The notes below the pieces were generated by a model. That model made no database searches. It was not told the origin of the DNA and worked only from the letters and a program-made list of their open reading frames with translations. Source: Octopus vulgaris (Eukaryota). Taken from it: DNA of 64,000 nt. Position 1 is the stretch's first letter; every line of letters begins with the position of its first letter. Both the position numbers and the translations under genes were made by a program. The stretch is from positions 63,178,001 through 63,242,000 of the forward strand of contig OX597814.1 in the NCBI GenBank assembly GCA_951406725.2, read 5' to 3'. Positions 13,941-27,802 of this stretch are shown piece by piece.

Positions 13941-14213
13941 ATGTACGGATGTACTCTGAATTCAAAGTCGTACATGAAAGAATTTGAAATTGTGAAGACA
14001 CATCAGATTAAGAAGTTTATGAAACTCAAAGGTCAGAGAATGAAGACCGCTCACCCACCTGTGAAAGCAGTAATTAATGTAAGTAGCCAACATCTAGAAA
14101 GCTCTGAAGAAGCAGTACTAAACAAAGGTCTCAACTTTGCGACAACCATCAAGCGCATTCCATACTTGGACATAATAGCCCCTATTGAAGAGATAGCCAT
14201 AAAGATACCATAA
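13941..14213 (+). mobile_element. Penelope-like element ORF fragment (region N-terminal to the RT)
   Basis: VINVSSQHLESSEEAVLNKGLNFATTIKRIPYLDIIAPIE matches the conserved PLE motif ViNlS...E..vL.KGLnFa.t...iP..diI..iE. Confidence 0.75.
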
Positions 14214-14640
14214 AGAGAATAAGGGCTTAGAAGAGGGAACCTGTGGAAAGTGAGAGAGCGTTTCTTTTTATGTGTGTGGTTTGTGGGGTGGAGGTATTTC
14301 AGTCATGCAGGCCTGGTGAGCCATCAAAATTCTCATAGAAATCGACCCATGGTAAACAATGATGTGGCTATTAAAATTCATAAACGGACGTGTATAAAAT
14401 GTGGAAGGGTGTGCCGCTCAGTTGGAGGTCTAAAAAGACATGTTAAGAGAGTGTATATGGTGGCACCTGTTTCTCCTGTCAGTCAACACAGTTGTCTATA
14501 TGTAATAAAATGTGTAAAAGCTTGGCTGGTCTTAAAAGTCATATAAGGGCATCACATGGCAACAATCATGAATCATTTCAGTAAGTCCTCTTAGCAATGG
14601 CTTTTCTCGTGTAACGAGGATGCAGCTGTGATATGATATA
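14214..14640 (+). mobile_element. RTE-like LINE 3' end with tandem C2H2-like fingers
   Basis: Three finger remnants: ...YFSHAGLVSHQNSH, CIKCGRVCRSVGGLKRH and (frameshifted) ICNKMCKSLAGLKSHIRASH. These resemble the CxxC...GLxSHxRxH tail of RTE ORFs, followed by a short-repeat tail. Confidence 0.55.
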
Positions 14641-14715
14641 TATACATATATATATCGCATTGTGACCAGCGATGTGTAGCAATATCTGATAGCCTGGTCG
14701 GTCACGGTGATCACG

Positions 14716-14762
<47 letters not shown>

Positions 14763-15307
14763 ATGTATTACGTGGGTATGCACTTATCAGTGTATGTGCG
14801 TTTTGGAATATAATTGATTTAAGGATATATTTTTCTTCTCTGTATATATCTTATTTAAAATGCATTAGAAATTCGGTCGACATTTTGTCAATGGCGTCAA
14901 AAATCTATAGAAATATAAGGGTATCAATTAAAAATGAAAATAAATTATACACTCAGGAATGTGTCGGGTACTCACCCCATTCTCTTCTTTACTTATATTT
15001 CTCCTATTGTTTTCCTCATTTTGAAATTAATCTTGTTGGCATTATCAATTGAAACAAAACGTATATATTCATAGTGTATTGCCATTCTGTAGTTATTGTA
15101 CATCTTTTGTTGTTTCTGAAACGTTGTGCATAGGGATTTCATTTAGAAATGTCAAGTGGCGAAGTACATTGTGTAAAGATCAATACAGATTAGTTTCATG
15201 ACAATATCTACGACATGCTAATTGATATGGGTTTGTCAAATCCGTTTTCGCTTTGATATTAACGGCTTGACATTTTTGTATTTCATAAAAGTATATTTAT
15301 ATACTGG

Positions 15308-15943
<636 letters not shown>

Positions 15944-16329
15944 TCGTGCTAAAATAATCCCAAGGATTTTACATTGTAGCTTGCTTATTAAGGGTTGTTA
16001 TCAAATTATTCAAAATGGCTGTCCCAAATGTTTAATAAAATCAGTGACGAAGTTTATATTGAACAGATAAGGTTGCTGTTGTTGCTTCCATCCTTGTTCT
16101 TGTCGTTTAATCCCTTGCTATATTTGAAAGAGAAGTTAGTATCATGAAACCTGATGAAGCAGGACATTCTAGCTGAGACCATTCCGTCTTTATCTATATC
16201 AAAGACTATTTTTCCAGATATGCCTTTCCATTCGCCAGGAAGTAGATATTTCCTGTCTGGTCGTAGATTATTCAGTATTTTCTTATAAGTAAGCATTGTA
16301 AATTTACCTCAGTCGTTATTAGGAAAACA

Positions 16330-18900
16330 TCACTAAAGGACGTTGAAATTGCAATTTATTGCCAAGTATCCATCAAATTCATAAAGACTACAAACAGATT
16401 TAACAAAACAAACCTTTAATTTTTCATCTGTTCTATTTCTTTCATCGCAATTTTTGTGTTTTTGTTTTAGAATATTCTTGTGTTGCACTTTGTCAAAAGT
16501 TTTGCAATATTTTCGTAACTTATTTGCTTTATTCTTGAATTTACAACAAAAGCAATACAAATTTCAAAGTAAAGATCATCGTGTTACTAGTTCTTTGGTC
16601 CTACGTTGGTACCAGTTCTTGTCCTTCAAGGGAAAGAACTCCTTCACTGAAGCTTCCACTTCCAGTTTGTTGATGAAACAGTGTGAGAGCAGGATGTGAG
16701 CCATGGATTGGAACCTCGCATACGAGATTTAAAAGAAAATCTAGGCTATCACACTATACTAACCAGTTTCGACATTTTTGCCGAATGCACAAGGCATCAG
16801 TACTTCCTTTAGTTCAAAAGATCGAATGAACAGTTCATTCAAGATTTGGTCACCCACCATCTTCCTTACATTCATTGCTTCGTTCTTATTGAGACTCACC
16901 TTAACAACTCTCATCTGGAAGCTGAAGCAAAGGTGTGGAATTATACAACCATTCACGCTGACCACATCGTAGAAGAAATGGGTGAGTTGCTATTTTTCTA
17001 CTCATTTATCGCAGATAGAAAGGACACATTCTCCAGTAACTATTGTATATCAGTATCTGTGTATAACAAAAATGATTTAGCCATATTAGTAGGTTTTCAT
17101 TTAACAGTCTTTTATTCAACAGTGCCAATTTGATAATGTTTTAATAATGGTTGACTTCAATTCCCCTGTGTTGACTGTGCTACTAATATCTTGAAGACAA
17201 ATGTGTGCATTTCAACCCCAGAGAAAGCATTGGTGGAATCAATTTTCGAATTCATGAACGAATTTCCGTCTCCTGATCAGTGCTCTACCGATGAGATACA
17301 ACGAAAACAGATTGGACTAAATGGTTAGTAACCGCACTAAAACTACCCATATTACAGTAGAAAAAATCTCTTTTTCGACCACGATTTGTTCTCTGTAGTT
17401 TGAGATACCAGAAACCAAATGACGCGCTGTTCGATTTCGCCCAAGCTCCTGACCTCAGCACAGCTGAGGTTCTGCAGAAGCAATACTACTCTACTTTCAG
17501 TAATTCCAACATTGTTAATCCTGTCAGCATCGGTGAAACAAACTCCCAGTATACCATATTCGATATGTCATTTGACGCCTCAGATATCATAGCCGTTATG
17601 AACAAAATTACAAACATCTCAGCTGCAGGCCCCGAAAGGTTCCCAGCTTGAGTCCTGAAGGAGCGCCCTCGTCAACTGACATACTCTTTAGCTATCCACT
17701 GTAGGAAAACACTGGACAATGGCTATATTTCCGAAAATTTTCTATCTCAGTCGATAGTCCCAGATATTAAAACAAATTGCTAGCAGGGAATTACAGACTG
17801 AGCTCACTTATTTCTCATATCATCAAATTATTTGAGAGAATGTTGAGATCTCGTGTAACTCACTTCCTAGATTGTGACAGCCTACTTATTCCCAAACAGC
17901 ATGTTTTTCGCAATGGAAGGGACTGCCTAACACAGTCCCTGCATCACTTTGATAACACCCTAAAGCCACCGATACTGATGTCATCTGTCTGGACTTTAGC
18001 AAGCCTTTGACAAGGTTGACCATCACATCATATTAAGGAAACTATCGAACATTCGAGACGGGAGAAAAGAATCAAAGTGGATTGAATGTTTTTTTGGTAA
18101 ACAAAACCCAACATATGGTGATAGATGATGTTCGATCAAGCTCGCAAGAGTTCTCAGTGGAGTCACTCAAGGCACTGTAATAGGCCCACTCTTTTTCATT
18201 ATTGACATCGATGGCATCGTTAAAACTTTTGGATCACTCAAAACATTTGAAGATCGTCGATAGGGCAGGAGACTGGAGTAACCTACAATCGGATCGGCCA
18301 ACTGTTATTTGCTGGGCCTAAGAATACAGTATGCAACAAAACGAGAATTCATTTGATTTAATCCACTACACGCTTCCCTCGGGCGAAAACCTCGTTGCAT
18401 CAAACATCGCTAGGGACTTTGGAGTAACTGTCGACAACAATTTAAGCTGGAGTGTCCACATAAACAATATCCTTCACAGGGCATGCTCCTGGGTGCTCAA
18501 GTCTTTTCGTTCAAGTGAGGCATTATCCGTCTCTTTTCCACATTTGCCTATCCTCACCTTCATTAGTGTCGTTCGCTGTGACCTCCTACCAAAGTTCGAT
18601 CAAAAAGGAAATAGGTGAAATGATTTGTCTTGATTGGGATCAACTCGAGAAACTCAAACTTTATCCCCTCGAATGCCACCACGAGTGCTGTATCATTAGT
18701 ACGATATGGAACATTTCCAGCATCACTGCACCATTGATGTTGGCATCGACTTTGATATTTACCCAGGGCTTAATCCCCGTGCCAACCGTCCTCCACAAAA
18801 AACATTACACTCTACTATTTCACGTCAACTGGATCGGTTCAGTTTAATATCATTCCAAGTAACATAAGAGAAGAAATGGAAACGGATCCTGGACGAATAT
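16330..18900 (+). mobile_element. Degenerate CR1-group LINE (APE endonuclease plus RT)
   Basis: ETHLNNSHLEAEAKVWNYTTIHADH (APE region), AAGPERFPA, NYRLSSLISHIIKLFERML...KQHVFRNGRDCLTQ, DVICLDFSK.FDKVDH, SGVTQGTVIGPL, RDFGVTVDNNLSWSVHIN. Many stops and frameshifts. Boundaries approximate. Confidence 0.85.
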
Positions 18901-18996
18901 CTCAAATCACCTTTATATTGTATCAAAATTTCATGCATTTACTTGTAAAGTTAAGAATGTTATTAACAACTGAAACTCGTCAATGAATTTTGGGAC

Positions 18997-19054
<58 letters not shown>

Positions 19055-19057
<3 letters not shown>

Positions 19058-19378
19058 TTTTATTCTTTTATTCTTTTCTTTCAGTCATTTGACTGCGGCC
19101 ATGCTGGAGCACCGCCTTTTGTCAAGTAAATCGGCCCCAGGACTTATTCTTTGTAAGCCTAGTACTTATTACATCAGTCACTTTTGCTGAACCGATAGGT
19201 TACGGGGATGTAAATACACCAGTATCGGTTGGCAAGCAATGGTGGGGGAACAAATATAGACACACAAACATATACACATATAGGAGAAGACACTTGCCCA
19301 AGGAGCCACGCAGTGGGACTGAACCCGGAACCATGTGGTTGGTAAGCAAGCTACTTATCACACAGCCACTCCTGTGTC
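19055..19378 (-). mobile_element. tRNA-derived SINE, family 2 (CORE-like), internally shortened
   Basis: Minus-strand head GGAGTGGCTGTGTG.TAAG...GGTTCAGTCCC (A/B boxes), then CCTTGGGCAAGTGTCTTCT, and the tail ...GCTCCAGCATGGCCGCAGTCAAATGACTGAAA(GAATAAAA)n. Confidence 0.8.
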
Positions 19379-19397
19379 TATTATATATATATATATA

Positions 19398-21633
19398 TGT
19401 AGTAGGGAATTAATAGTAAGGATACCCCCAACCACTTGACGAATGGAATACCCTAAGTAAAGAAAAGCACCAGAGTGCGTAGTAGACGGTCAGTGATAGT
19501 CGTCTTTACTGGTTTTGTTAAGCATACTGTATACTCAAGTGGGTGTTATAACAATCCAGCATTTCAATGATATAACAGTGGCGACGCGGATTTAAACCAC
19601 GATGAATTATTAAACTGGACGAGGATTTAAACAACTCGCGAGGAATTCATAAACTCTACGAGGATTTAACAACTCACGAGGGATTAATAATTCACAAGAA
19701 GTTGACAAACTCACAAAGTTTTGTTGTGTGAATTTTAGAAAAAAAATCGTAACAATTATAGAAAAATTTTCGGCCGCTTTGCTTGAGTTGCAAAAACAGG
19801 AACAACAACTGAAAGCAGAAGAACAACAAGTACTATTACACAAAAAATGCTGCAGTTACTGAAGTCGTCAGGAATTTCACAAAAAAGTTTTTTCTGCCAG
19901 GCTATATCGCGACTTCCTTAAGTAGTTCAAATACGACCCTGACGAAGAATACCTTCGAAGCATACTACAAAATGTAGCAAATGTTCGATAAAGTATGTAA
20001 AGTTTGGGATGACGAAATGAAAACTCACTTTATTTCGAGAAAACTGGCGGCAATAGAACAAGGACGATACAGAAATTATGTATTCCCAAGAAAACTTTCT
20101 GACAAACATTTAATGATACAATAGATATATTGTGTAAAATTTTCAGTGAAAAGAAAGTTCATTGTTGAACGTACGTTGGAAGTGTCTGAACATAGAGCAA
20201 AACAACGACGTGGACTACATCACAATTGCTGGTAGAGTAAACAGGAAATGCAAGAAATTTAAGCTGGACGAATTAACGCCAGGTATTTCCAAATGCCTAA
20301 TGTTTACAAAGGGACTTACTGCCGAAAAGAACGCAGAAGTTAGAACTAGAATTATCGCAAAGCTGGAACAAAACCAGGCTGCAAGCCTACAGCAAGTGTT
20401 TAAAGAATGTGAAAGAATAGTGAAACACTGGGGAAATTGAACGTAGACATTTGTTTCAAGTAAAGCAAGGGCGAAATAGTCAGAATAGAGATAAAGTATT
20501 TTCTAAAACCCACGAAAAAAAATCAGGAAATACACCCATGTTTTATATGTGTAGGTATATACCTGAGGAAAAATTGTCCATTTAAAAAGTGGTGAGCTTT
20601 CGCTGTGGAAGTATAGGACATATAAAGAGACACTGTAGAATGAAAATGACAAAACGTCAGATCAAAAGAAAAAGAATAAATAGTATGTCTTCGGAAGAAA
20701 TTGGTAATGTAATGATGAGGAAATTCGTGAAGGTGAAAATCAGAAATACAAGTGTTAAAACGAAAATAGACACTTGATGTGATATTACCATTACAAACGA
20801 AAAAACTTGGAAATATGTCGGTAAGCCGAAATTAATTAACTCCAAAAAGTAGCACATGGCCTTACGAGAAAAAGATTATATTTTTTCGGTGAATTCGTAT
20901 GTAATGTAACATTTTGAGCACCCCCACCATAAAAAAGTAAAGATATATGTGTTAAAAGATTCATTTAATCTGTTTGGTACCGAGTAGATGGAACTAATCA
21001 AAGGATGGAATACGCTTATAAGTGTTTTGTGTGGAAATATAGCCGGTTCAGTGGAAGGCTCGAATGCGACTGAAGGACTGAAACAAAAATGCAGTAACAC
21101 TGAGTGGAAGAGCTGTATGCAAGCCAAAACGAAATGAAAAATTATCCACGATAAAAAAGTAAACATTGTTCAAAAGTAGATGCCCCGTAGACAAAACTAC
21201 ATATCAGTTTCGCTGGTCCTTTAAATGGTTCATACTACTTAGTCGTAGTTGATAGTTTCTCTAAATGGCCAGAAATTAATAAGTGTAAAAGACCACCCTC
21301 TTCAACTGTGATACATATTTTACACGAATTGTCTGCGTGATTTGGCAACCCGGACAAAATAGTGTCTGACAGTGAAACGCAATTTGTGCCTAGAGAATTT
21401 TCAAAGTTTTGTAAAACCTATCAGCCACGAACGAGCGTGGAGACAAAGTGAACAACAGCCGTCCTATTCTTCGTCAGAGTAGGGATCCCAAGAAACATGA
21501 GTAAAGAGAAGTACGAGAAGTACCAGTGTACGTAGTACGTGGCCAGAGATAGTATTGTCATGACTGCCTTTATTAAGCTTACTCTATACTGAAGTAGGTG
21601 TTATAACATTCCAAGCTTTCAAGGATTACAACA
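19398..21633 (+). mobile_element. Decayed Gypsy LTR retrotransposon (gag, protease, integrase remnants; RT deleted)
   Basis: 5' LTR TG...CA 19398-19577 with PBS TGGCGACG at 19579. Gag RWKCLN...GRVNRKCKKFKL...KCLMFTKGL...VRTRIIAKLE and CCHC knuckle remnants (FRCGSIGHIKRHC). Protease KIDT*CDITI. Integrase FAGPLNGSYYLVVVDSFSKWPE...FGNPDKIVSD. Diverged 3' LTR ~21480-21633. Confidence 0.88.
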
Positions 21634-21651
21634 ACACACACACACACACAT

Positions 21652-21684
<33 letters not shown>

Positions 21685-21758
21685 TTAATATGAGCAACTA
21701 GGGGCAATCTAATACTATATAGGAAAAATTGTATCATCATCATCATATATAAATGTAT

Positions 21759-21823
<65 letters not shown>

Positions 21824-21870
21824 TGGTGCATGTATGTATGTATGCATGTATATCTATCTATCTATCTATA

Positions 21871-21905
<35 letters not shown>

Positions 21906-22584
21906 TTATCTATCTAACTAAACGTCTGTCTTTCAAGCTTGTTGGCTGATTATCTTTTTCTCCAATTCATCCTGCTCTTTGCAATTTTTTAAATTCTTCC
22001 TTTCATATTTAAAAAATTTTACTTTTATATTTTGTGTCACTTATATCATTTTTCTTCAAACGTTTCCCTTTCGTTCACGCAAGTGACTTTTTCCTTGTGT
22101 TTCGTATTGCATTCATTCATTATTGAGCGTTGTCCCATTTTTATTCAATTTTGCTTTGTATATTTCTTATATTCTTTCATTCTTCGAGTTTTCTTGCTTT
22201 TTAAGATAAATTTCAATCAATTGCGTCATCTTTTTTTCTCTTATTGGCTATTACTTTTGTTTCGTATTGTCGTTCATTTTTTGTATCCATTTTTTCTCAT
22301 TATCATAAGTACTTGAAGGAAAGGTTCATAACTACCTATATTTATATATAATTTTAATATGGATAGTCTTTAACACTTCTTAAGGTTATTTATTGGATTC
22401 GAAACCGTTAGAAAGTGTGGAGCAAGTATAACAGTGTCTCATAATTTTCTCATTTCTATCTAATGGTCTTTAAAGTATGCAAAAGACATTCCTACTGGTC
22501 AGAATGTATAGAATCATATTCTTCGTTATCATTAGTTTTAGTATTATTAATCTGAAAGTATAATTTATTAATGTTAATTTAAAG

Positions 22585-22785
22585 CAAGGCAGCGAGCTGC
22601 CAGAATCATTAGCAGGCTGGACAAAATGCTTAACATAATTTTGTCCATCTCTGCATTCTGAGTTCAAATTTGCCTTTCATCCTCTCAGGGTTGATAAAAT
22701 AAGTACCAGTTGAGTACTGGGGTCGAAGTAATCGACTTATCCCCTCCCCGAAATTGCTAGCCTGGTGCCAAAATTTAAAACCAAT
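22585..22785 (+). mobile_element. Family-1 tRNA-derived SINE
   Basis: AAGGCAGCGAGCTGCCAGAATCATTAGC head, GAGTTCAAAT B box, TTTGCCTTTCATCCTCTCAGGGTTGATAAAATAAGTACCAG core. Confidence 0.85.
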
Positions 22786-24759
22786 ATTAATTTAAAGTTT
22801 CCCGAATGGGTATAATCATTAGAGCACCAGACGGAACGCCATGCACTATGTCTTCCAGCTGTTTAGGTCCCAAGTTAAAATCTCGCCAATCTCATTTTGC
22901 CTTTCAACCGTGGTTTGACAAAATGATATATCAATCTAGTTCAGAGGTCAATGGTAACAATCAAAGAAAACACGCCTCTAAATATTTGTTTGGTTTGTGC
23001 TTAAATTAGAGACCACTAGTATTAATTTAATTCAATGAAAATTAATTTGATTGAACAACTGTATTAATGAAAGAAAAATGCTTCTTGTATTATCTCGAAA
23101 AAATCCGTTGACCTTTTATATGACATGCGTAATTATCTTTCTTAAAACAAGTTCATATCAACCAAGATTTTCAACAAATTTGCATAAAATTATGATCTTG
23201 AAGAGGGAGAGACTTCATTCTTTTCTATCTTCCAGCCGAATAATCGTGGCGAAAAAGTAAAATGTTTAAATGAGAGTAGTTCCTTATTGGTGAGGAATTT
23301 CAGCATGCAACATACTTGTATTACTATTAGTGAACAGTAAAAACAGTGACTGTTGGCATCTGACTTATTTGTCGATTGTGGGATGCTCAAAAAATACCGT
23401 CAACAAAATTCCCTTAAGCAGAAAATTACTTCAAAATGTTGCAGCACATGATTTTTTTTCCATAATTCATCTTAGAAGACAAAACATTTCTGTCCTCATT
23501 GTTATAATCGCCTCAGCATTTGCACAAGTGTTCGCATGCTTTAAGATATACAAATTTCTTTGTCTACGAAAAGAATATATTTAACATTTCATGGGGTTGT
23601 AGTTAGCTAACTATTGTCCTCTTAAAAGATAACTGATTCCTGGAGATAATTCCTGGAGGGAATAATTCATGGATTCCAGCCAATTGGCGTGCTTTCTGAG
23701 GGACAAGGGATTTTGTCTTTTTACCCAGGATGATCAATTCTTTACATGCTCCGAGAAAATAATGGCATAAATATATTTTCATACAGTGAATATTAAATAC
23801 AGATTGGCTTTCGAATATTTCCGGAACGTCTCTGTTGATGCATCAGTTTCTGCATGGATGGTAGAGATATCACTTTATGAATTCCTAAACAGAACTAGAG
23901 TCATCGGAGGCAACATTTTATACAAGTATTTTGATACATTGCCATATTCTACTTTGTTTATAGAAAGTTTTGTGTAGTGACGTCCATTATATGTGTCAGA
24001 AAAAGTTCAAGGGTACTTTTCAAGGGTACTTTTTATGTAATTAGGAAGAACTGTTAATGTTTAGATAAATCAACATCGTTTATTGGTTCTTAGCTGTAAA
24101 GGTTCCCGCTAATTTTGGTAAGTTACTAATTGTAAGCGGAAAATTTACATATAGTTTGATGATTTTCACTTTCAATGGCTATTTGTTGTTTTCGAATGCA
24201 TTGAACGTTTACTTATTAAACTATCAGCAGTTTGTGGAAGTAACTTCTGAGTTGTCCCCGGTCGGTTCAACCTTGTCAGTGAACTTGTATAGCCGTTAAG
24301 TCTTTAAACTCCAATCTCATATGCGTAAAACCCGTTCTTCAGTAGTAAAACTAGTTTGTGGCTCGTTATATTTCATTATTTGGTCTTCGGACTTACTTGC
24401 TTAGTCCATTCTGTTGCAAATATTGAAACTAGGATTCCAGTTTTGGCTATGCTCTGTGTCACACACTGTATAGTTTACTCAATCTATTGACGAATTCTGA
24501 GATAAGTTCGTTTTAAATTCAACTAAGATGCAAACAAGTTTCGTGTTATTTCCAAACTAATTGATTCATATAATACTTAAGTGTGAAGTAAATAATATCA
24601 ACAATATAAGACGAATGAAGCTGTTGCTTTTAAGTTCGAACAAACTGTTATATTTCATCACAGCAATTGTTTGTTTAGCAAACCACATAATTTAAAGCTA
24701 TAAATTCTATAAAAGAACAAGGATGAAGCCAAATAGGCATCTGAATGTTTTGAGATACA

Positions 24760-24825
24760 TTCTTTTAGTTTATTCTTTTACTTGTTTCAGTCATTTGACT
24801 GTGGCCATGCAGGAGCACCGCCTTT
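24760..24825 (-). mobile_element. 3' tail fragment of a family-2 SINE
   Basis: TTTCAGTCATTTGACTGTGGCCATGCAGGAGCACCGCCTTT matches 19079-19119. Confidence 0.75.
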
Positions 24826-24837
24826 ATAAAAAAACGG

Positions 24838-24890
24838 AATGCTTGCAACGCCTAGCTTTCCCAAGTGGTCACCCTTCTAAAGGCTAACTA
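24838..24890 (-). pseudogene. 5S rRNA-derived fragment (3' half)
   Basis: Minus strand TTAGCCTTTAGAAGGGTGACCACTTGGGAAAGCTAGGCGTTGCAAGCATT aligns without gaps to the metazoan 5S 3' half TTAGTACTTGGATGGG(A/T)GACCGCCTGGGAATACCGGGTG(C/T)TGTAGGCTTT. Confidence 0.65.
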
Positions 24891-25545
24891 AATTAGGTAA
24901 CATCTGGGCTCTTCTGATTTGAGCCTATTGAAAGAAGTAAAGAAAATCGAAAAAAAGAAATCTATTATCGTTTAATCTCTATGCGGCAACAAAAATTGGA
25001 AAATCAAGAAAGCAAATATTTGGTTTGAGTTTGATGTGAAAGACACCATCCATTTCATTTTGTGTACAGATTCTACTGTAGAGGTATTTAATTAAATTTT
25101 CTGGTTTTGATTTCTGATTTCATCAATATCTCAATATAGGATGTGATTAGCCGCACAATACTTAGAGAAGATAGATATATTTGGAGTTTTAATATTATGC
25201 TCTTTTCATTTGCAAAAAGAATAAGTTAAGCACAGAAGAAAATTATACAGGAGTAGCTGAAGGAGATTACTATTGTGAAGTATAGATCACTTTTGACACG
25301 GTGCAAAGCTAAATCTACGTTTCTAGTTTATCTAATTGCATCAACTATTAATTTCATATCTAAATATATTGGGACTAATTAGGATATAAACTCTGAATGG
25401 TTAAATTACTTTTACTGACATTCTGATATACCTATCTACTAAACATGATACAATGAATTTATAAATTTCTCTTTCACTTGATACAAGTAACATATGTTTT
25501 AGTGTAAAAATAATCATATCAATTGAGAATCAAAGCTACAATGTT

Positions 25546-25594
<49 letters not shown>

Positions 25595-27373
25595 CAGATA
25601 AAATTATTTCAATGGCTGATTAATTAAAATATCCTAACAAATGCTAGAAAATATATTTTCATCATACACAAAGTCTTTAAGCTAAAGCTTAGATAATTGT
25701 ATACATAATATTTAACAATTGCTTGAGCCCTGAGAGGTGTTACCTAACATTTCGTTTTAATTTAGGAATACAAAACTGAATTCCAAGAAATGACTCTTTA
25801 AGGTCTTCTCTTCTTCCATGCTAAACTATAAAGTCAGTTGCTTTGTAAAAAAGCTTGTCACGTGAATACAATATTTAGAATAAAATAGAATAATTTTGTG
25901 AGTCACCTAAGTAATTTTGTCTGAGGCATTAATCAGAATAACTCTGTATGGTATGAAATTATGATTTTGTTGACTCAAGCATGCGTTGAAGGAAAATCAC
26001 TGAATCTGTTAAATGTTATGCGAAGATTTTGATTTATATACTACAAATAAACGAAAATACTTATCAATTACGTAAGTGTTTCGTCTGTTTACACTGGTGA
26101 GTTATATACATCGGTATAAATAGATGCATATGTTGTAGATTATTTCAGAGTTAAGTGTCTTAGTCACAGAAAATCACTCATTCAGCATCCTGACACCGTA
26201 TAAGCCCTTTGGTATAACCACGAGGCTAATGACTTTTCCTACAGTCAACATGCAGTTGCTCAAGAGAAATCAAAATCGTTTTGATTAGGCTGATTTTCGA
26301 AGGCATGTAATTGAATTGCCTTTCTCCATATAAAATCATTAAAATAAAATAGAATAAACTCAGCTGAAATACAATACCGGTAACAGAATATAATCCGGTA
26401 TGCTTTTAAGTGGGCTCACTGCGATGTTCGTGATGAGAATATACCATCTGCTGCAACATTTGTGACATCTTTCTTCCAATGAGGCCTATTAATATAAACA
26501 GGAAAATAATTATCATTAGCAATTTTGTTACATTCTTTGGGAAAGTTATGCCATCCAAAAGAAATCAGCTCGTAAGTGACTGGTTTTATCTTCAAAGCTA
26601 AAAACAATTACTAAATCTCAGAATAATGTTGTTTATAAAACAGAATATGAAGATATTTCGAGTAAGAGCTGCGTCAATCGTCTCAATATCTTTATAAATA
26701 TATTTTTATTATGTTTAAAAATGAGTTTAGGCTATATTACTTTTTGTCACGTAAAGTGAGGCACTTTATAGAAGTGGCGATGTGAGAACACAATGAATTT
26801 TCTTTTTTATTTGTTCTTTATGTTTCATTGATTTCATTTTTTATTTCCTATTTTCTTAAATATAAGACTAAGTCTATATTCTCAGGACAGTCTCTTATAT
26901 GTTATTCATGATGAATTATTATTGAAATATATGTAATCCTCAAATAAAACAAGCCAAATATTTCATCTCAAAAATAAATACAACACTTAAATATGAATGT
27001 TAGATTAATAAAAATAACAACCAAAGCGAAAAAGAAACTGAAAAAAATCATCATGAAAATGTAATAGTTGCAATCAAATCAGTTTTGGTGGCATTGGAAG
27101 ATATCAAGCATGAAGTTTTAATTAAAAATAGCGTGCAATGAGAGGAGATAATTTAAAATAGGAGAGAATAGGGAGAGGTTGTGATATAGAGAGACAGGAG
27201 CGAGAAAGAGTGTGAGAGAGAAATAGTGTAAAAAGTTAATCAGAACGGAAGTGACTGTAGAAGGTAAAAGAATGAGGAAAATCTGGGATACATATGTAGA
27301 TTCATACATAACACACCACATATAAACACATACATAGATATACACACGTACATTCAAGCGCGCACGCAGGCAT

Positions 27374-27423
<50 letters not shown>

Positions 27424-27802
27424 GCACGCACGCACACGCACATACATATAAGAGAGACAGAGACAGAATATTAATATTGATATACCGCGATTGCAAATAA
27501 ACACAAAGAGCGAAGATGGATGGGATTGAGACAAGAGGATGCAAAGGAGTAAGAGCACACAAATAGGACGATTAGAGTAGTCTGTAATAGAAAGGAAACT
27601 TAAATGAAATACATAGAGAGAGAGAGAATGGAGGGGAAACAGAGAGAGTGAGAGAGAAATAGAAAGAGAGGGGGAGAGAGAGAATGAGAGAGATAGAGAT
27701 AGGGTAAGAAGAAGACATAAAGAGAGGAGAGAGTTGCATAGTGGAAGAAGTAATATGTGAGGCAGAGTAGTAAAATGAAGTACAGGGACGCTGATTGAAT
27801 AT

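Noticed and set aside
19579-19700. Short spaced repeats resembling a CRISPR array
   Set aside because: The repeats are degenerate and tandem with no unique spacers, lie in an LTR-element leader, and there are no cas genes in this eukaryotic context.
24230-24345. Minus-strand CTGAAGA suggesting another HHR
   Set aside because: No convincing GAAA/NUH or stem I could be paired.
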